A stretch of DNA of 64,000 bases, taken from positions 92,816,001-92,880,000 of the forward strand of contig NC_058368.1 of assembly GCF_018350175.1 (NCBI RefSeq), written 5' to 3'. Position 1 is the stretch's first letter, and each line of letters begins with the position of its first letter. The translations under genes and the position numbers were made by a program. Below, one piece after another: positions 50,617-63,926 of the stretch. Under the pieces are notes generated by a model that had not been told where the DNA came from, did no database searches, and worked only from the letters and a program-made list of their open reading frames with translations. The DNA comes from Felis catus. Taxonomy: Eukaryota.

Positions 50617-51337
50617 TGGAACCCTTAAGGACCTCAGGGTTCTTGGTCCATGTAGAAACAGACACAAGGCGGGTAGTGTTTATTGCAAGCCTGGGCATGA
50701 GGGAGACAGCCTTAGGAAGAGGGATACCCGGTTGCTGCTTGAGCTGTAGCCAGTGAACGTCTCAAAGAGTCTGAGGCTGGGAAGACGTAACTTCTAAGCA
50801 TGAGGGGGCAGAATCCCAGGAAAGTGGGTGCACAGGTGCATTTGACAGAGCCTGCTGCTTCCTACCTCGAGTTTCGAGTTTCGTTTGCAAGTTAAGTGTC
50901 CACCCCTGGGTGTGGTTGTTAGCATTACAATGAGAGGGGAAGTTAGTGATAGGTCAGATATGGGGTTCACTGTGGCTCTGACTGGTCTGGTCTGGTCTGG
51001 TCTTTGCAGGAACAAGGCTGGTTATAAACTGGGCTCTGAAGCTTGTTTCAGGCTTGTGGCTTCTGGCTCCCTGGTTGTGTGAAGCACCTGCCAGGTGGGC
51101 TAGAGAAATGGGTTATCGGAGGGGGCCTGACGTTTTCTGCAAATTCCTATTCTGTAAAAGAAGTGCCTCAGAAGAGAAAACTACAGGCGGGCAGGCAGAT
51201 ATTCAAGGAGATTTCCTTTTGAAATAGTTTGAATTTTTAAGATGAGGGCCTAGGGCAACCTCATGCCAAGATAAGCGTTTCTAGGCAGGCCCCTCAGAAT
51301 CCTTATCTGTCTCAGAACCCGGGGGAAAAAACCTACA
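50617..51337 (-). mobile_element. Probable ERV1-class solo LTR
   Basis: GC-richer block with minus-strand AATAAA (about 50679-50684) and TATAA (about 51022); begins TGTAGG on minus; family not assigned. Confidence 0.5.
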
Positions 51338-51491
51338 CAAACCTATGAAACCTAGTTCTTTCCACTCTGGGCTGTATGATAGTGTTTTTGAATGAACTTC
51401 CACATACCTTTCTCCTCTTGTGTAAATGAGGATTAGAATTCCTAACCTGCAAGGTTGCAGTGGCTCTTAAACATAAAACATGTACAAGTGA

Positions 51492-51608
51492 GGGGCGCCT
51501 GGATGGCTCAGTCGGTTAAGTGTCTGACTCTTAATCTTGGCTCAGATCATGATCTCACTGTAGGATCTAGCCCTGCCTTGGGCTCTGCACTGTCAGCTCG
51601 GGATATTT

Positions 51609-51657
<49 letters not shown>

Positions 51658-51747
51658 GCCTCTCTGCCTTTCCCCTGCTAGGGCTTTCTCTCTCTCTTTC
51701 TCTCAAAATACATAAGTAAACATTTAAAGCAAGCAAACAAAAAAAAA
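51492..51747 (+). mobile_element. CAN-SINE inside a MIR remnant
   Basis: TSD AAAACATGTACARGYGAGG. Confidence 0.9.
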
Positions 51748-51884
51748 CATGTACAGGCGAGGTACCTGTGAAAAGTATGTATGAAGCCTAGTTCTTGAAA
51801 CATAGTAGATGGGCATTTGGTGATCCATTCATTCATTCATTCATTCAGTAGACATTTGAGTGGATACAGTGTGGCAGACACTGA

Positions 51885-52000
51885 GGATGATGATAATGGT
51901 GATGATGATGATGATGATGATGATGGAGGAAGAGGAGGAAGTATTGGAGAAGGAGGAAGGGAGGGAGGAAGGGAGGAAGGGGAGGGGGAAGAGGAAGAGG
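51885..52000. repeat. (GAT)n followed by GGA-rich low-complexity tract
   Basis: Seen directly. Confidence 0.9.
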
Positions 52001-52074
52001 TCACAAGCCTTTGTAGAATTCCCATTGATACATGCTTGTAATTTGGGGAAGGATAAAAAACAAGGAAATGCATT

Positions 52075-52283
52075 AAAATTTTTTTTAACGTTTATTGATT
52101 TTTGAGAGAAAGAGACAGAGCATGAGCTGAGGAGGGGAGGAGAGAGAGGGAGACACAGAATCCAAAGCAGGCTCCAGGCTCTGAGCTGTCAGCACAGAAC
52201 CTGACGTGGGGCTCGAACCTGTGGGCAGAGAGATGATGACCTGAGCCAAAGTTGGATGTTTGACTGAGCCACCCAGGCGCCCC
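52075..52283 (-). mobile_element. CAN-SINE
   Basis: Typical body. Confidence 0.92.
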
Positions 52284-52402
52284 AAAAATACATTTTTATT
52301 TAAGTAATAAAGAGGTTTGAAGTTCAGATATCCACTGTGTTGGAACAATAGAGTTCCAGTCTTGAGATGTCCTTTCAGAAAGCTTCTTTAAAATCAAGTT
52401 CT

Positions 52403-52620
52403 GGGGCGCCTGGGTGGCGCAGTCGGTTGAGCGTCAGACTTCAGCCAGGTCACGATCACGCGGTCGGGGAGTTCGAGCCCCGCGTCAGGCTCTGGGCTGA
52501 TGGCTCAGAGCCTGGAGCCTGTTTCCGATTCTGTGTCTCCCTCTCTCTCTCTGCCCCTCCCCCGTTCATGCTCTGTCTCTCTCTGTCCCAAAAATAAATA
52601 AACGTTGAAAAAAAAATTTT
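52403..52620 (+). mobile_element. Young CpG-intact feline SINE
   Basis: Perfect TSD TTTAAAATCAAGTTCTG. Confidence 0.95.
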
Positions 52621-53414
52621 AAAATCAAGTTCTGTTTCACTGAAAAATGAATAAACACAGAGCCCCTTCTCCTTATAAGTGTCAAAATAAGGAACATGTG
52701 AATTACTTTTCAGGTTCTGTTGGGTGATGGAAACAAACTATACTTCTATGTAGTTTATTAGCATTGGAGTATGAGAGAAACTCTTGAATATTGCATTTAC
52801 CAAAATAATAAAAGTTTAGTGACAGCATTTCAACTTTTAAAAATGTTCTCAAGCAAAGAAACTTAAAAGGCAGTCAGCTCAAAATGTATAACATGTAACT
52901 ACCTATCTCATTCTTTGAAATAAAATCCTGATATTGTATTATTCTACTTCTGGCAGAAGTCCCGGTAACTGTCAACAATTAGAAAAAGTTTATTTTATTA
53001 TTATTTTTTTTAATCAAAACACAGATCAAATAGCTGTGTAATGCCTGGAATTTATATTTTGATAATTTCCTTTATGTTACTCCATTTCTGTATGTCAATG
53101 GAGCTTTCTTACTCAACTTCTTACTTGGAAATTATACATTCATGATTTTCCACCCTGTACTTTCTTCATTATTTTATTTGGGGTTCAGAAAGTGCAGAAT
53201 GTTGTCAGTCATACACAAGGAAAAAAATGACTTTTGGGTTTATATGATTGATGTAAGATTCATATTATAGCTTTCTTTTTTTTACACATAAAATCTGTCA
53301 CTTTAGGGATCTCTTTACAAATGTTAGGATTTTTTACTGTCAAACACAAAAGGCAGTAACAGCAATAAATTATCGGTGTCATGGCATGTTAACCTAATAT
53401 TTACATATTAAAAA

Positions 53415-53619
53415 TATTTTTATTTTTTTAATAATGTTAAAAAGAGAACAATCAGGAGAGGGGTAGAGAGAGGGAGAGAGGGAGAGAGAGAGAGAATCCC
53501 AAGCAGGCTCTGCACAGCACAGAACCCGATGTGGGGCTGGAACCCACGAACTATGGGATCACGATCTGAGCTAAAACTAAGAGTGGGAGGCTTAACCTAC
53601 TGAGCTACCCAGGCACCCC
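53415..53619 (-). mobile_element. CAN-SINE
   Basis: Typical body. Confidence 0.88.
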
Positions 53620-53765
53620 TAGAATACATTTTCTGAAAATAACAATGAAATATAATAGTTCAAAGAGAAAATAATTTGATTTTCTTGATTATTTAAGTCA
53701 CTGCATCAAGTATTGAATTAGTTAATTAAATAATAGAAAAAGTCAAGCTTTAAAAATAAATGATT

Positions 53766-53980
53766 GGGGAGCCTGGGCAGGTCAGTTGGTTGGGTGACCA
53801 ACTTCAGCTCAGGTCACAATCTCATAGTCCAGGGGTTTGAGCCCCACCTCGGGCTCTGTGCTGACAGATCAAGCCTGGAGCCTACTTCAGATTCTGTGTC
53901 TCCCTCTCTCTCTTCCCCTCCCGTGTTCATACTCTGTCTCTCTCTCAAAAATAAAAACATAAAAAAAATATTTTTTTTAA
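53766..53980 (+). mobile_element. CAN-SINE
   Basis: TSD AAATARATGATTG. Confidence 0.9.
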
Positions 53981-54662
53981 ATAGATGATTGCTCTAGAAA
54001 TGAAAACAGATTTACTGATCCTTTCTTAGAACTTGAGATGAAAATATTTTCCATTGTGTTACTCAGTGCTCATTTTCATAGAATTCACACGATGGTGATG
54101 GCTTCTCTGTAGAATTTTGATTCCTGGAAAATGTGAACCACTAGCTTGTTTTCTTTACCGTCTCTTAAGATTTCTGCAATAACCTTTTCCATTTTCTTCT
54201 CTTGATTTTGTTATTTAGGAGTTCTTGACTTAGTATTTAAACACTGCAGGTACATTTCTGCTGGCATAGTGACCTCCCCCCTTTCCCTATAAGTCCCTGC
54301 TGTACATCTTTATCTTTACCACCTCCTACACTCTTGTGTTTCACCTGCAAGTTCTTAGAGTTGTTTCAAGTCTTTTGAATTTAGGAAAGGCTTTTCCTTA
54401 ATTCTATTGGCCGTTAATTGATGTAGCGAATGGGGATGTGGAGGCATCAGTTAAATATATAAATTTTTTTTAAGCAAAGCAAAATAACCTTGTTTTGTTC
54501 AGATTTAGTTAGCAGAAGAAGTCTAATTACTATTATGGTACTAGTGGAAAAGAAGCAGTGGGACCCTTGAAACATGGGGCCATCTGAGGCAGAGGGAACA
54601 GGGAAAGAAGACCCGTTTAGAGCCAGAAACAAGGGTAGAGGTTGAAAAAAAGATGGAACCCA

Positions 54663-54819
54663 GGGCACCTGGGTGGCTCAGTCAGTTAAAGTTGCGACTT
54701 CAGCTCAGGTCATGATCTCAAGGTTGGTGAATTTGAGCCCCATATCAGGCTCTCTGGTGTCAGTGCAGAGCCCGCTTCGGATCTTCTGTCCCCCTCTCTC
54801 TCTGCCCCTCCCCTGCTGG

Positions 54820-54857
<38 letters not shown>

Positions 54858-54880
54858 AAATAAATAAACTTAAACAAAAA
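54663..54880 (+). mobile_element. CAN-SINE
   Basis: Typical body. Confidence 0.9.
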
Positions 54881-55974
54881 ATACAACTAAGAGGTTGAAT
54901 TCTTTTGAGCTGGATTGGCAGTTAGTTTTCTCCTTTGAATGTAGTTCTGAAACAGAGTTTTGAAGAGTAAGTTTAGAGCTACGGTCGGATTCTTCATTCC
55001 GAGAGATATTGACACAATAAACCCAAAGAGTAGGGATGCCTTTGTTTTAAAGTTTCCTGGGGAAATGGGTCTGTGCTTTGATTTTCCATGTGTGCCACTG
55101 ATGGTAGGTGACACTGTGATCAGATATGCTGACAGTGACCACCATGGTCACATTTATTAGGCTTTTGCTTCTAATATTTTTCTCACCCAGTGTGAATTAA
55201 GTTTACCAGTTATGGTTTAAAAGCTGTGACCGCCAATTAACAGAAAATTTATGCTAGGTTGCTTTGTTGAATTTTGTGCAATTAGGAAAGGTGAATACTC
55301 CAGGGCCATGTCCATAAGTGGATGACTTAATCCCTTCATAGTCCTCTTTTCCAATTTCTACCATCCCATGAAATGCCTTGTTTTTCTGTTAATACCATGT
55401 ACTTGGCATTAGGCTGTTACGAGTAGATCTGTAGGAAAGGACTGAGGACTTGAGGCCATTAGCATCTGAGTTGGCAAAAATATATTTAAGTTAATTGAGT
55501 TCCAAGTATTGAATTCGTGAAAAATACAATTTTAATCCACTGATTTCACTTTTTAAATACTTTTAATCTTGTACTGATATCCCAAAGATAAATAATAGTA
55601 CAAAACTTGTGGGAATCCCAGTATCTTTAATTTCACTGCAAATCTGTGTTTTGAGTTGAAGTAGAACAGGGCATATCAAAGTGAACCATTAAGCTAAGAG
55701 GCTGCCCTGAATAGAGAATTAATGGTCTAGTCTCAGCTAGAAATAGGAAGGGTACATCGTCAATCCTATTGGTCCTGAGTTATTATGTTAAATTTAATTC
55801 TAAATTAGCATTATAAAATCCTTAAAAACTAATGGTCCACCTTAAATCATGCAGTAGTCCTTTCTCTTCCTTTATAAATTATAAAGATTTCATTTGAAAA
55901 CATAACTAAGTAGTCAATGGTAACCATCAGGAATCTTTTCACATTAGCATATTGCTTTCCTTTGGAAAAAAAAA

Positions 55975-56165
55975 ATTTTAATGTTGATTTATTTTTGAGA
56001 GACAGGGAGAGAGCAGGGGAGGGGCAGAGAGAGAGGGAGACAGAATCTGAAGTAGGCTCCAAGCTGTCAGCACAGAGCCCGATGCAGGGCTTGAACCCAG
56101 GAACCATGAGACCATGACCTGAGCCCAAGTCAGAGGCTTAACCGACTGAGCCACCCAGGTGCCCC
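55975..56165 (-). mobile_element. CAN-SINE
   Basis: Typical body. Confidence 0.9.
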
Positions 56166-56337
56166 ATCCCCTTGCATTATTCCAATTGTATCTTATGCTG
56201 CTGAGTTCTGAGAAGCCTCTTGAGTTTTTCAGACACTTCACTGATGTACATCTCCTTAGAATGTCTACTTCTTGTTACAGTCTCCAAGATGAACTTTAAC
56301 TTGGCTATAGCATTATTGTTTATGTAAGCAATCCATC

Positions 56338-56551
56338 TTTTTTTAAAATTGTTTTTAATCTTTATTTATTTTTGAGAGAGAGAGACAGAGCATGAGCAGG
56401 GGAGGAACAAAGAGAGAAGGAGACACAGAATCCCAAGCAGGCTCCAGGCTCTGAGCTGTCAGCACAGAGCCTGATGTGGGCTCGAACCCATGAACCATGA
56501 GATCATGACCTGAGCCAAAGTCGTACGCTCAACTGACTGAGCCACCCAGGC
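56338..56551 (-). mobile_element. CAN-SINE
   Basis: TSD GCAATCCATCTT. Confidence 0.92.
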
Positions 56552-59345
56552 AATCCATCTTGATCCCATCCATTTGACTTTTTACTTTTTGCCTCAGTCA
56601 TTATTTATAACAGTAGCCTTTTACTTCATAGTGACCATGTAGCTTGAACGTTATTGAAGATGTCAACAGTTCCTGAAGGTTTTTTTTTGAGTCCTACTCT
56701 AAATTATTTTCTGAAGTGTCTTTTACCTCCTGAATCTTTACTTTATTTGGCAATATTTTTCATAGGTTACATGCAATTGTTTTCTCTCGCCCTCAAAGTA
56801 TGCACAATCAGAATTTCCAGTGAACAGAGAGGGCTGACCTTGACCTTGCCCTTTGTCCACGTGTGTGATGGAAAGTTTCCCTTCTCCAACAAACAGATTG
56901 GGCTGAAGGGCAGATAGATAGTTTCTACTTAAATTCTAAGATTCAGTCAGGTATTTCATATAGTATATTCTTTTGTGCTCAAACACCATTTTCTTTCTTT
57001 CCCAGGGCCTTGTTATTTGATTGTATCAAAGAAAAAACATTATGGAAGAATGAGGGGATTTCTTTATTCACAGTTCCCTCACGCAGTGAGGTGGGGTTTG
57101 GATCCAGCCAAAATGCACTGTGCTACTAACTTCACAGTGATCAGGGATCTGCTGTCTCGGTTTGTGTGTGTTGAGGGGCTGGGGATCGTGGAGGAAAGAG
57201 GGGTGGGAACAGTGGGCAATGACAACATTCTGTTTACCCTAAAGCATAGTATCTAGGGGTCCTAGCAGGATGCCAACCTAGGGAGGAGTTTGCCTCCTTG
57301 GGATGGACTGAGGAGCAAACACTGGTCCACTGCCTGGTCTCTTCCATTCTTTTAAAGATGGTCTTCATATCATAAAGCAAGTTCAGGATATTTTATGAGC
57401 TAAAGCTTGGAAAGGAGTTTTTTAATCTGTCTAGATTTGCACTCAGTGAATTAAACATATTTACGACCCACCTGGGGGACAATGAAGACACTGCTCAAAG
57501 TTTCACAATTAACTTCTCTGCAAATGTGAATGTTACTCTGAGAGCTGTGTTTTCTCCTCTTCTGTCTCTTAAGAGCAAAGGAAGATACCCAGGACATCAT
57601 TTCAAAGTCACCCCTCTGTGCCCCTCCCTGCCCCCAAGTAAATTGGCTCTCTCTTTCATCAACACATGATTAACCTAACTACCATTCCCAGTAAAATAGC
57701 ACAGCTACTCTCCTGAGCATGTTTATAAAATATGCAAATCTAACTTGTCCTTTGCTTCATTATTGCATCCATTATTTAGTTTCATTATAAAACATTTGAG
57801 GGTGAGCAAGGATAATTAATGCAATTAAATTTCCATGGCTTAAAAATTTCCTAATTTTAGTAAATGTTTTAATGGAACTCTAGCACAAAAATGAAGATGA
57901 AATTCATTACCTTCATTATAACAGTGCCAAATAGAACAAAATAATTACTCTGAAACTCCAGATCTTCTATACGCAAACTTTGATTACTTAATAGAAAGCC
58001 TCTAAAGTACACATATGGATTGCCAATGTCTATCCATAGTTCTTTTTCTGTGGTTCCAGATGCACAGACTTAGGGAAAGGGGGACGGAGGAGACTTAGCT
58101 ATTCCTTTGTTAAGGAATTAGATCTGTATCATCCCTTGCAGCTTGCCTGGAACATCATTGAATGTGCATCTCAATAATCTTTGCTTTTTTGTCTACTTTG
58201 AGATTAAATCCAATCAACATCTCTTGGAAAACTATCAGGTATCAGACACCGTACTGGTATTTTCATTTATTTCCTAAGGCTCGCAAAAGTTGATGGAGAA
58301 ACTAGGGTATAAAAACTTTGGGTGATAAGCTCAAGTTACCAACATGGTCAGAGAAGAAAACTAGTCTGAGTATAAGATCACCATGCTGGTGTCGGGGATG
58401 TAAAATGAGAAGTGGAGTTGCATTTAAGGCCTGCTTGATTTGAACTGTTCTGTTCAAACTTGCCCTCTCTAGGTGGGCGGTATGTGTTTGTAGGTATGTA
58501 AACAGCCCTCCAATGGATCATAGATAATTTTCTCCTGTTTGGGTGTGAAAATCCATTGTTTTCCTTCAATTGGGTATGGTTTACCAGTTGTATTCTTTGG
58601 GTCACCTAGAACAGTTCCTTATTTATCTCTCCCAAAGCTACCAACATTAGCAGAGAATAGCTAATTTCCCCTTTGATATTTAAACCTAGAGTACCCAAGT
58701 GTGTATTTGGTGTACCTCTGGAGGGATAGAGAAACAAGTTTTGCCTCCATTGTTTTGGCCTGAAAATCCATTGAGCTTCCTTAATGTTATTTTTCCTTTA
58801 GACCAAAGGCTCAGACCTGGATTAATCACAGTAGTAAAGGGTTCAAATCACATGTCCATTTTTGGTCCGTAACTATCTATCTAAAATCAGTGAGCATCTT
58901 GAACCCAGAACCTAAAGCAAAAGCTAAGACCTCAGAGAGAGTGACTGGCCCCTAACCAAATGTCCTCAATCCCTTTGCCTCCCTTAATCCAACCTAATTA
59001 TTATCTTGAGTTATGTGTTTATCATTAACCTGCCTTCCTCTTTATATGTGAAATACATAGCTATCACTTCCATGTGGATTACACATACATGTTGAAACAC
59101 CTATATACATGCTTAGTGTTTAACTTTATAAAAAGGAATATCATGCTATATGTAATTTCTTGGGAAATAATTTTTTAAATAATATTCCATTGCCAAGATC
59201 CATCCATATTTTTCGGGTCACTATAGTCAGGTTGTTTCAACTTCTCTCAAATGAACTATATTATAGTCATCAGCTCTCCAATGGAAGATCACTATTCACT
59301 GTAGGTTCTTTCTGTAGTGAACAATGCTGTACAAATACTCTCTCT

Positions 59346-59554
59346 CTTTTTTAAGTTTATTTATTTATTTTGAGAGAAAGAGCAAGAGCATGAGTGGGGG
59401 AGAGGAAGAGAGAGAGGGAGAGAGAGAATCTCAAGCAGGCTCCACTCTGTCAGTGCAGAGCCTGACACAGGGCTTGAACCCATGAACTGTGAGATCATGA
59501 CCTGAACTGAGATCAAGAGTCGGATGCTTCAGTGACTGAGCCACATAGGCGCCC
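59346..59554 (-). mobile_element. CAN-SINE within an old L1ME-like fragment (about 58960-59800)
   Basis: TSD TACAAATAYTCT. Confidence 0.9.
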
Positions 59555-59906
59555 TGCTGCTACAAATATTCTTGAATGGGAATTCTATCACACATGTGCA
59601 TATTGTTTCTCTTGGGAATATATTCATAAGATTGACATTTCTGGGCCACAGGAATTATATGGTTGTTTATCTATAGGAGATAATGTCAAACTGATTTCCA
59701 GTATGACTGAAGCATTTCTCATTGACCCTTTAAATTGTTTAGTGGTCCCTTGGATATATGCAAACATTGATACATCCTCTGATAAATATCAAAAGAGTAA
59801 TTATTCAGTGAGTATTGATACATAGGCAGTGGGCTGGGCTTTGCCCTAGAGGCAAACTGATGAATCATTGTCAGAACCCCTCTCCTCAAAAACTTCACCA
59901 TCTGCA

Positions 59907-60106
59907 GGGCTCCTGGGTTGCTCAGTCAAGTTGGTAAAGTGTCTGACTCTTGATTTCAGCTCACTTCATGATTTCATGGTTTGTGAGATCGAGCCCCACA
60001 TTGGGCTCTGTGCTCATAGTGTGGAGCCTGCTTTGGATTCTCTCTGTCTCTCTCTCTGCCCCTCCCCTGCTTACACCCTCTCTCTCAAAAATAAACTTAA
60101 AAAAAA
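59907..60106 (+). mobile_element. CAN-SINE
   Basis: TSD ACTTCACCAT. Confidence 0.9.
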
Positions 60107-60158
60107 TACTTCACCATGTTCTTGAGTCAAACCTTCATTTCGTGGTGTGGGTTGAAAC

Positions 60159-60161
<3 letters not shown>

Positions 60162-60236
<75 letters not shown>
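60162..60236. repeat. (CT)n(CA)n compound microsatellite
   Basis: Seen directly. Confidence 0.95.
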
Positions 60237-60240
<4 letters not shown>

Positions 60241-60615
60241 AATAGTCCTGGTTCTGCCTCTATGTGTAAGAAAGGATCTGGGCAAGACATAGAAGTTCCT
60301 AGAGCTTCTGCAAATGGAAGGAGCTAGAGTAGATTCAAACTCTGTCCTGTGGTGACCTTGCTCTGTGTGTCTGCAGAGGTGTGCATGTTGGAGACTATTT
60401 GGTAGCTGAGAGTGAAGGTATGGGAAAGAGGGAGGGGATGAAGAGACAAGACTGGGGTCCCAGGAGATCCTTCAACACCATGAACAAAGCAGTTTTGTTC
60501 TTATCACTAAGTAGTTTATATTTCATATTGATAAGCATAATCAAAAGTGTGAAACACACTGGAACAGGTAATCTCTTAAGTCCACTTCTGCCCTAATACT
60601 CTGTGATAATGTACT

Positions 60616-61213
60616 GTATGATTTAGGGTAATTAATGCTAGCTTCTACAACAGATAAAGCCCCAGATCTCAGTGGTTTAGCCTATACAGATTTTTTTTTT
60701 CATTTTTAAAAAATGTTTATTTATTTTTGAGACAGAGAGAGACAGAGCAGGAACAGGGGAGGGTCAGAGAGAGGGAGACACGGAATCTGAAACAGGCTCC
60801 AGGCTCTGAGCTGTCAGCACAGAGCCTGATGCGAGCTCGAACCCATGGACCACGAGATCATGACCTGAGCCAAAGTCAGACGCCCAACTGACTGAGCCAC
60901 CCAGGCGCCTCTATACAGGTTTATTTTTAACTCTCACATGGCTATGGGTTGGCAGAGGCTCTCCTCTGTCAAGTGATGTCTCCATCCTATCATGCTGTAC
61001 TCTCACCCTGTGGCCTCATAGGTTGCAGCCACATAGGGAGGAAGAGAGGAATGGAGGAAGCCCATCTACCTCTAAGTGACTCAGTTCACAGGTGATTCTT
61101 CAGCTCACAGCCCATTGATTAAACCAAGTCACATGACCCCAGCATCACCACAAAGGAGGCTAGGACATGCTGGGCAAGACAATGAATATTTGGTATACAG
61201 TAACTCTAGCACA
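60616..61213 (-). mobile_element. MLT1 (MaLR) solo LTR, MLT1K/L-like, split by a SINE
   Basis: CCCAGATCTCAGTGGTTTA...CAGCTCACAGCCCATTG..AAGTCACATGACCCCA..AGGAGGCTAGGA. Confidence 0.8.
60690..60909 (-). mobile_element. CAN-SINE
   Basis: TSD CTATACAG.TTT. Confidence 0.92.
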
Positions 61214-61349
61214 TGTTCCAAGTGAGAGAAGCATGTATCAGATGCAAAAGGGCAGAATCATCCGAGTAAAGATGAAGTACAGTTGAAGCCCAGAAATTTC
61301 CTCAGGAAAGGCAACTTTTGTCCTTATCCTCATACAAGTTATTATTTAA

Positions 61350-61567
61350 AAATTGTTTTTAATGTTTTTTTATATTTGAAAGGAAGAGAGAGAGACAGAG
61401 ATATAGAGCATGAGCAGCGGAGGGGGAGAGAGAGGGAGAAACAGAATCTGTGTCCAGGCTCTGAGCTGTCAGCACAGAGCCCGATGCGGGGCTCGAACTC
61501 ATGAACCGTGAGATCATGACCTGAGCCGAAGTCAGACTTTCAACGGACTAAGCCACCCAGGCGCCCC
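61350..61567 (-). mobile_element. CAN-SINE
   Basis: TSD AGTTATTATTT. Confidence 0.92.
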
Positions 61568-62519
61568 TCAGTTATTATTTTTTTTTTTTAAGATTTGCAA
61601 TACAATCCTTCGTTTTCTTTTGTCTCCTGGGAAATAGGCAATATTCCCAGAAGGACCCATATTGTTCTTGCTTTTAGTGTTGAAAGATTTTTTTTTCAAA
61701 ATTGGGTTATTGGTCTCTATTGCACTAAACTTCAATTTGAAAAAAAATTCTAAGGTTCTACCATGAGGAGCAGGTACAGCAATTGAAGTTAATTTGAAAT
61801 GTAATTCCATTAACCCACCTCTTACCAGCCTGAGCAATCTATTTCCTTTTACCCAGATCAAAATGTCAAGGCCTTTCCTCCTAAAGTATGTGTCCCTGTT
61901 TTCCTCTCTGTTGGGCTGAGATGAAGGAGAGCCGAGTACGAACAGTCTTTCTGGCCATTTTTGATGTGACTTAACTGTGTTTTTTTGAACTTGATGATAT
62001 CGTCTTTACCTTTAGGTCTGTGTCCCCTCTTCGGTTGGTACAGCATGCTGCGTGTGTGGTTCACTGTCTCCAACAACAGATTCAATTTTGACTTTGTTGA
62101 CAACAAGGAGGGGTTCAAAGCTTGCATCAGAGGCAATTAGATCATTTCCGGGAAGGGACCCCTGCTGTGAGAGAGTGTGCTCTTCTGGGGATGGGGCGGG
62201 GGGGGGGGGGTGATTCTGATGAGTCAAAGCAAGTAAGAGCTGAATGGACAGAAGCCTGTGCCTGGTGTGGGCGTCCAGCTAGGGAACCCAAGATACAATG
62301 ACAAACCTAGTGATGCAGGAAATGACTGACATTAGGGTGCATGGCTTAGTGGCCTGATTAAAAAACCACTGGAGAGACTTTGAGAAGGAAGAGAGGGAAA
62401 GTTGTATGGTGTGAAGAATAAAGACTAGAAAGGAGGTGCTTATTAAAATATGGAGAGAAATATCTTTAGGACCTTAAAAACTGACTTCTGTGGAGGAAAT
62501 GATAAATTTGTTTTCTGAC

Positions 62520-62868
62520 CTTTATTTGTTTATTATTTATTTATTTTCACTAAAAAATTTTTTTAGTGTTTATTTTTGAGAGTGAGAGAGAGAGAGGGAG
62601 ATGGAGAGAGAGACGGAGCGTAAGTGGGGTAAGGGCAGAGAGAGAGGGGGAGACACAAGAATCTGAAGCAGGCTCCAGGCTCTAAGCTGTTAACACCGAG
62701 CCTGACGTGGGGCTGGAACTCACGAACTGTAAGATCATAGGGCAAGAGAGAATCCCAAGTGTTGAAAATGCAGAGCCCCATGTGGGCTTGATCCCATGAC
62801 TGTGAGACCATGATCTGAGCTGAAACCAAGAGTCGGACGCTGAACCCACTGAGCCACCCAGGCGTCCC
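62520..62868 (-). mobile_element. Composite of two CAN-SINE subtypes
   Basis: The B-box region appears twice; junction at about 62740. Confidence 0.85.
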
Positions 62869-63224
62869 CAAAGATGGTCTTTTGCAGTGTTAGTGAAGTA
62901 ACTCTCCAGTGGTTTTCTGGTGGGACTTTGCTCTTCCCAGTCATTTATTTTACCAGTTTTCTTGAAGAAACCTGCTGAGAGCTTTATTTGATGCCACAGG
63001 TGTTAAAGCCTTTGAGTCATCAGCTGCAAACACCAAACAAACCAGAGCCATGGGAGATATGAGAAAGATAATTAGAAATCTCAACTTTTTGAAGCAGTAG
63101 ACTGAAATAATTTTATGGTTGAATTCTAACTAAACATTTTTAAAATGTAATTCCTGTTTTCCTTAAATAATCTACGGGATATTAAAAAAAAAAAAAAGGA
63201 AGCTTCTTGATTTTAAGAGATCAG

Positions 63225-63880
63225 CAAAACTTTAATGCCAAAACTTAAGGGAAATAATACCTCCCCCAAGAAAACTCAAGATCATTTTCACTTATGAATA
63301 TTGATGTGAAAATTTAAATAAAATGTTAGCTTATCCAATCCAGCCAGGTTTAATAGAATATTAGAATAAAAATCTCTGAGTAAGTGAAATTTAATTCAGG
63401 AATGCAAGCATAGTTCAACATTAGTAAGACAAATACACTATATTAAAAAATGTTTAATTACAATTATGTAATTGCATCATAATGTACCACTGATAAATGT
63501 TATATTTATATATTATATAACATTAGAGGTACTAATATGATTCATCAGTCATTTCTCATAAAAACTTATAGAAAGGAAGGCAATTACTTAACATGGTGAA
63601 ATTATTTATGTAAATACATACTCTTATTATTGTATTTAAAAAAACATTTTCAATAAAATTATGACTAATACAGAGATATATACTTATCACTGCTGTTATT
63701 CAGTACTGCTTTGACAATTGTGTTTAATCAGGCAAAATATATTTTTAGGCAAAACATTTTTTAAATCCTTGAAAAACCTATAGTGAAAAGAATTTAAAAA
63801 TTGCATTTACTGATAATGTAATTATACTTAAGATCTCAAGAGGTTTATTGAGAACACTTAGATATTTGGAGGATTGGTAA
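63225..63880 (+). mobile_element. Ancient L1 ORF2 RT remnant
   Basis: Decayed SLMNIDVKI, GMQA*FNI and FTDNVII motifs. Confidence 0.7.
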
Positions 63881-63884
63881 AACA

Positions 63885-63885
<1 letters not shown>

Positions 63886-63926
<41 letters not shown>

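Noticed and set aside
51817..52105. Acidic, poly-Met and poly-Ser ORFs
   Set aside because: Translations of (GAT)n and GGA low-complexity repeat.
218..62944. Dozens of similar short ORFs ([16 protein letters not shown]..., GAPGWRSRL..., FLRERE...) that look like a peptide family
   Set aside because: They are translations of CAN-SINE copies in various frames.
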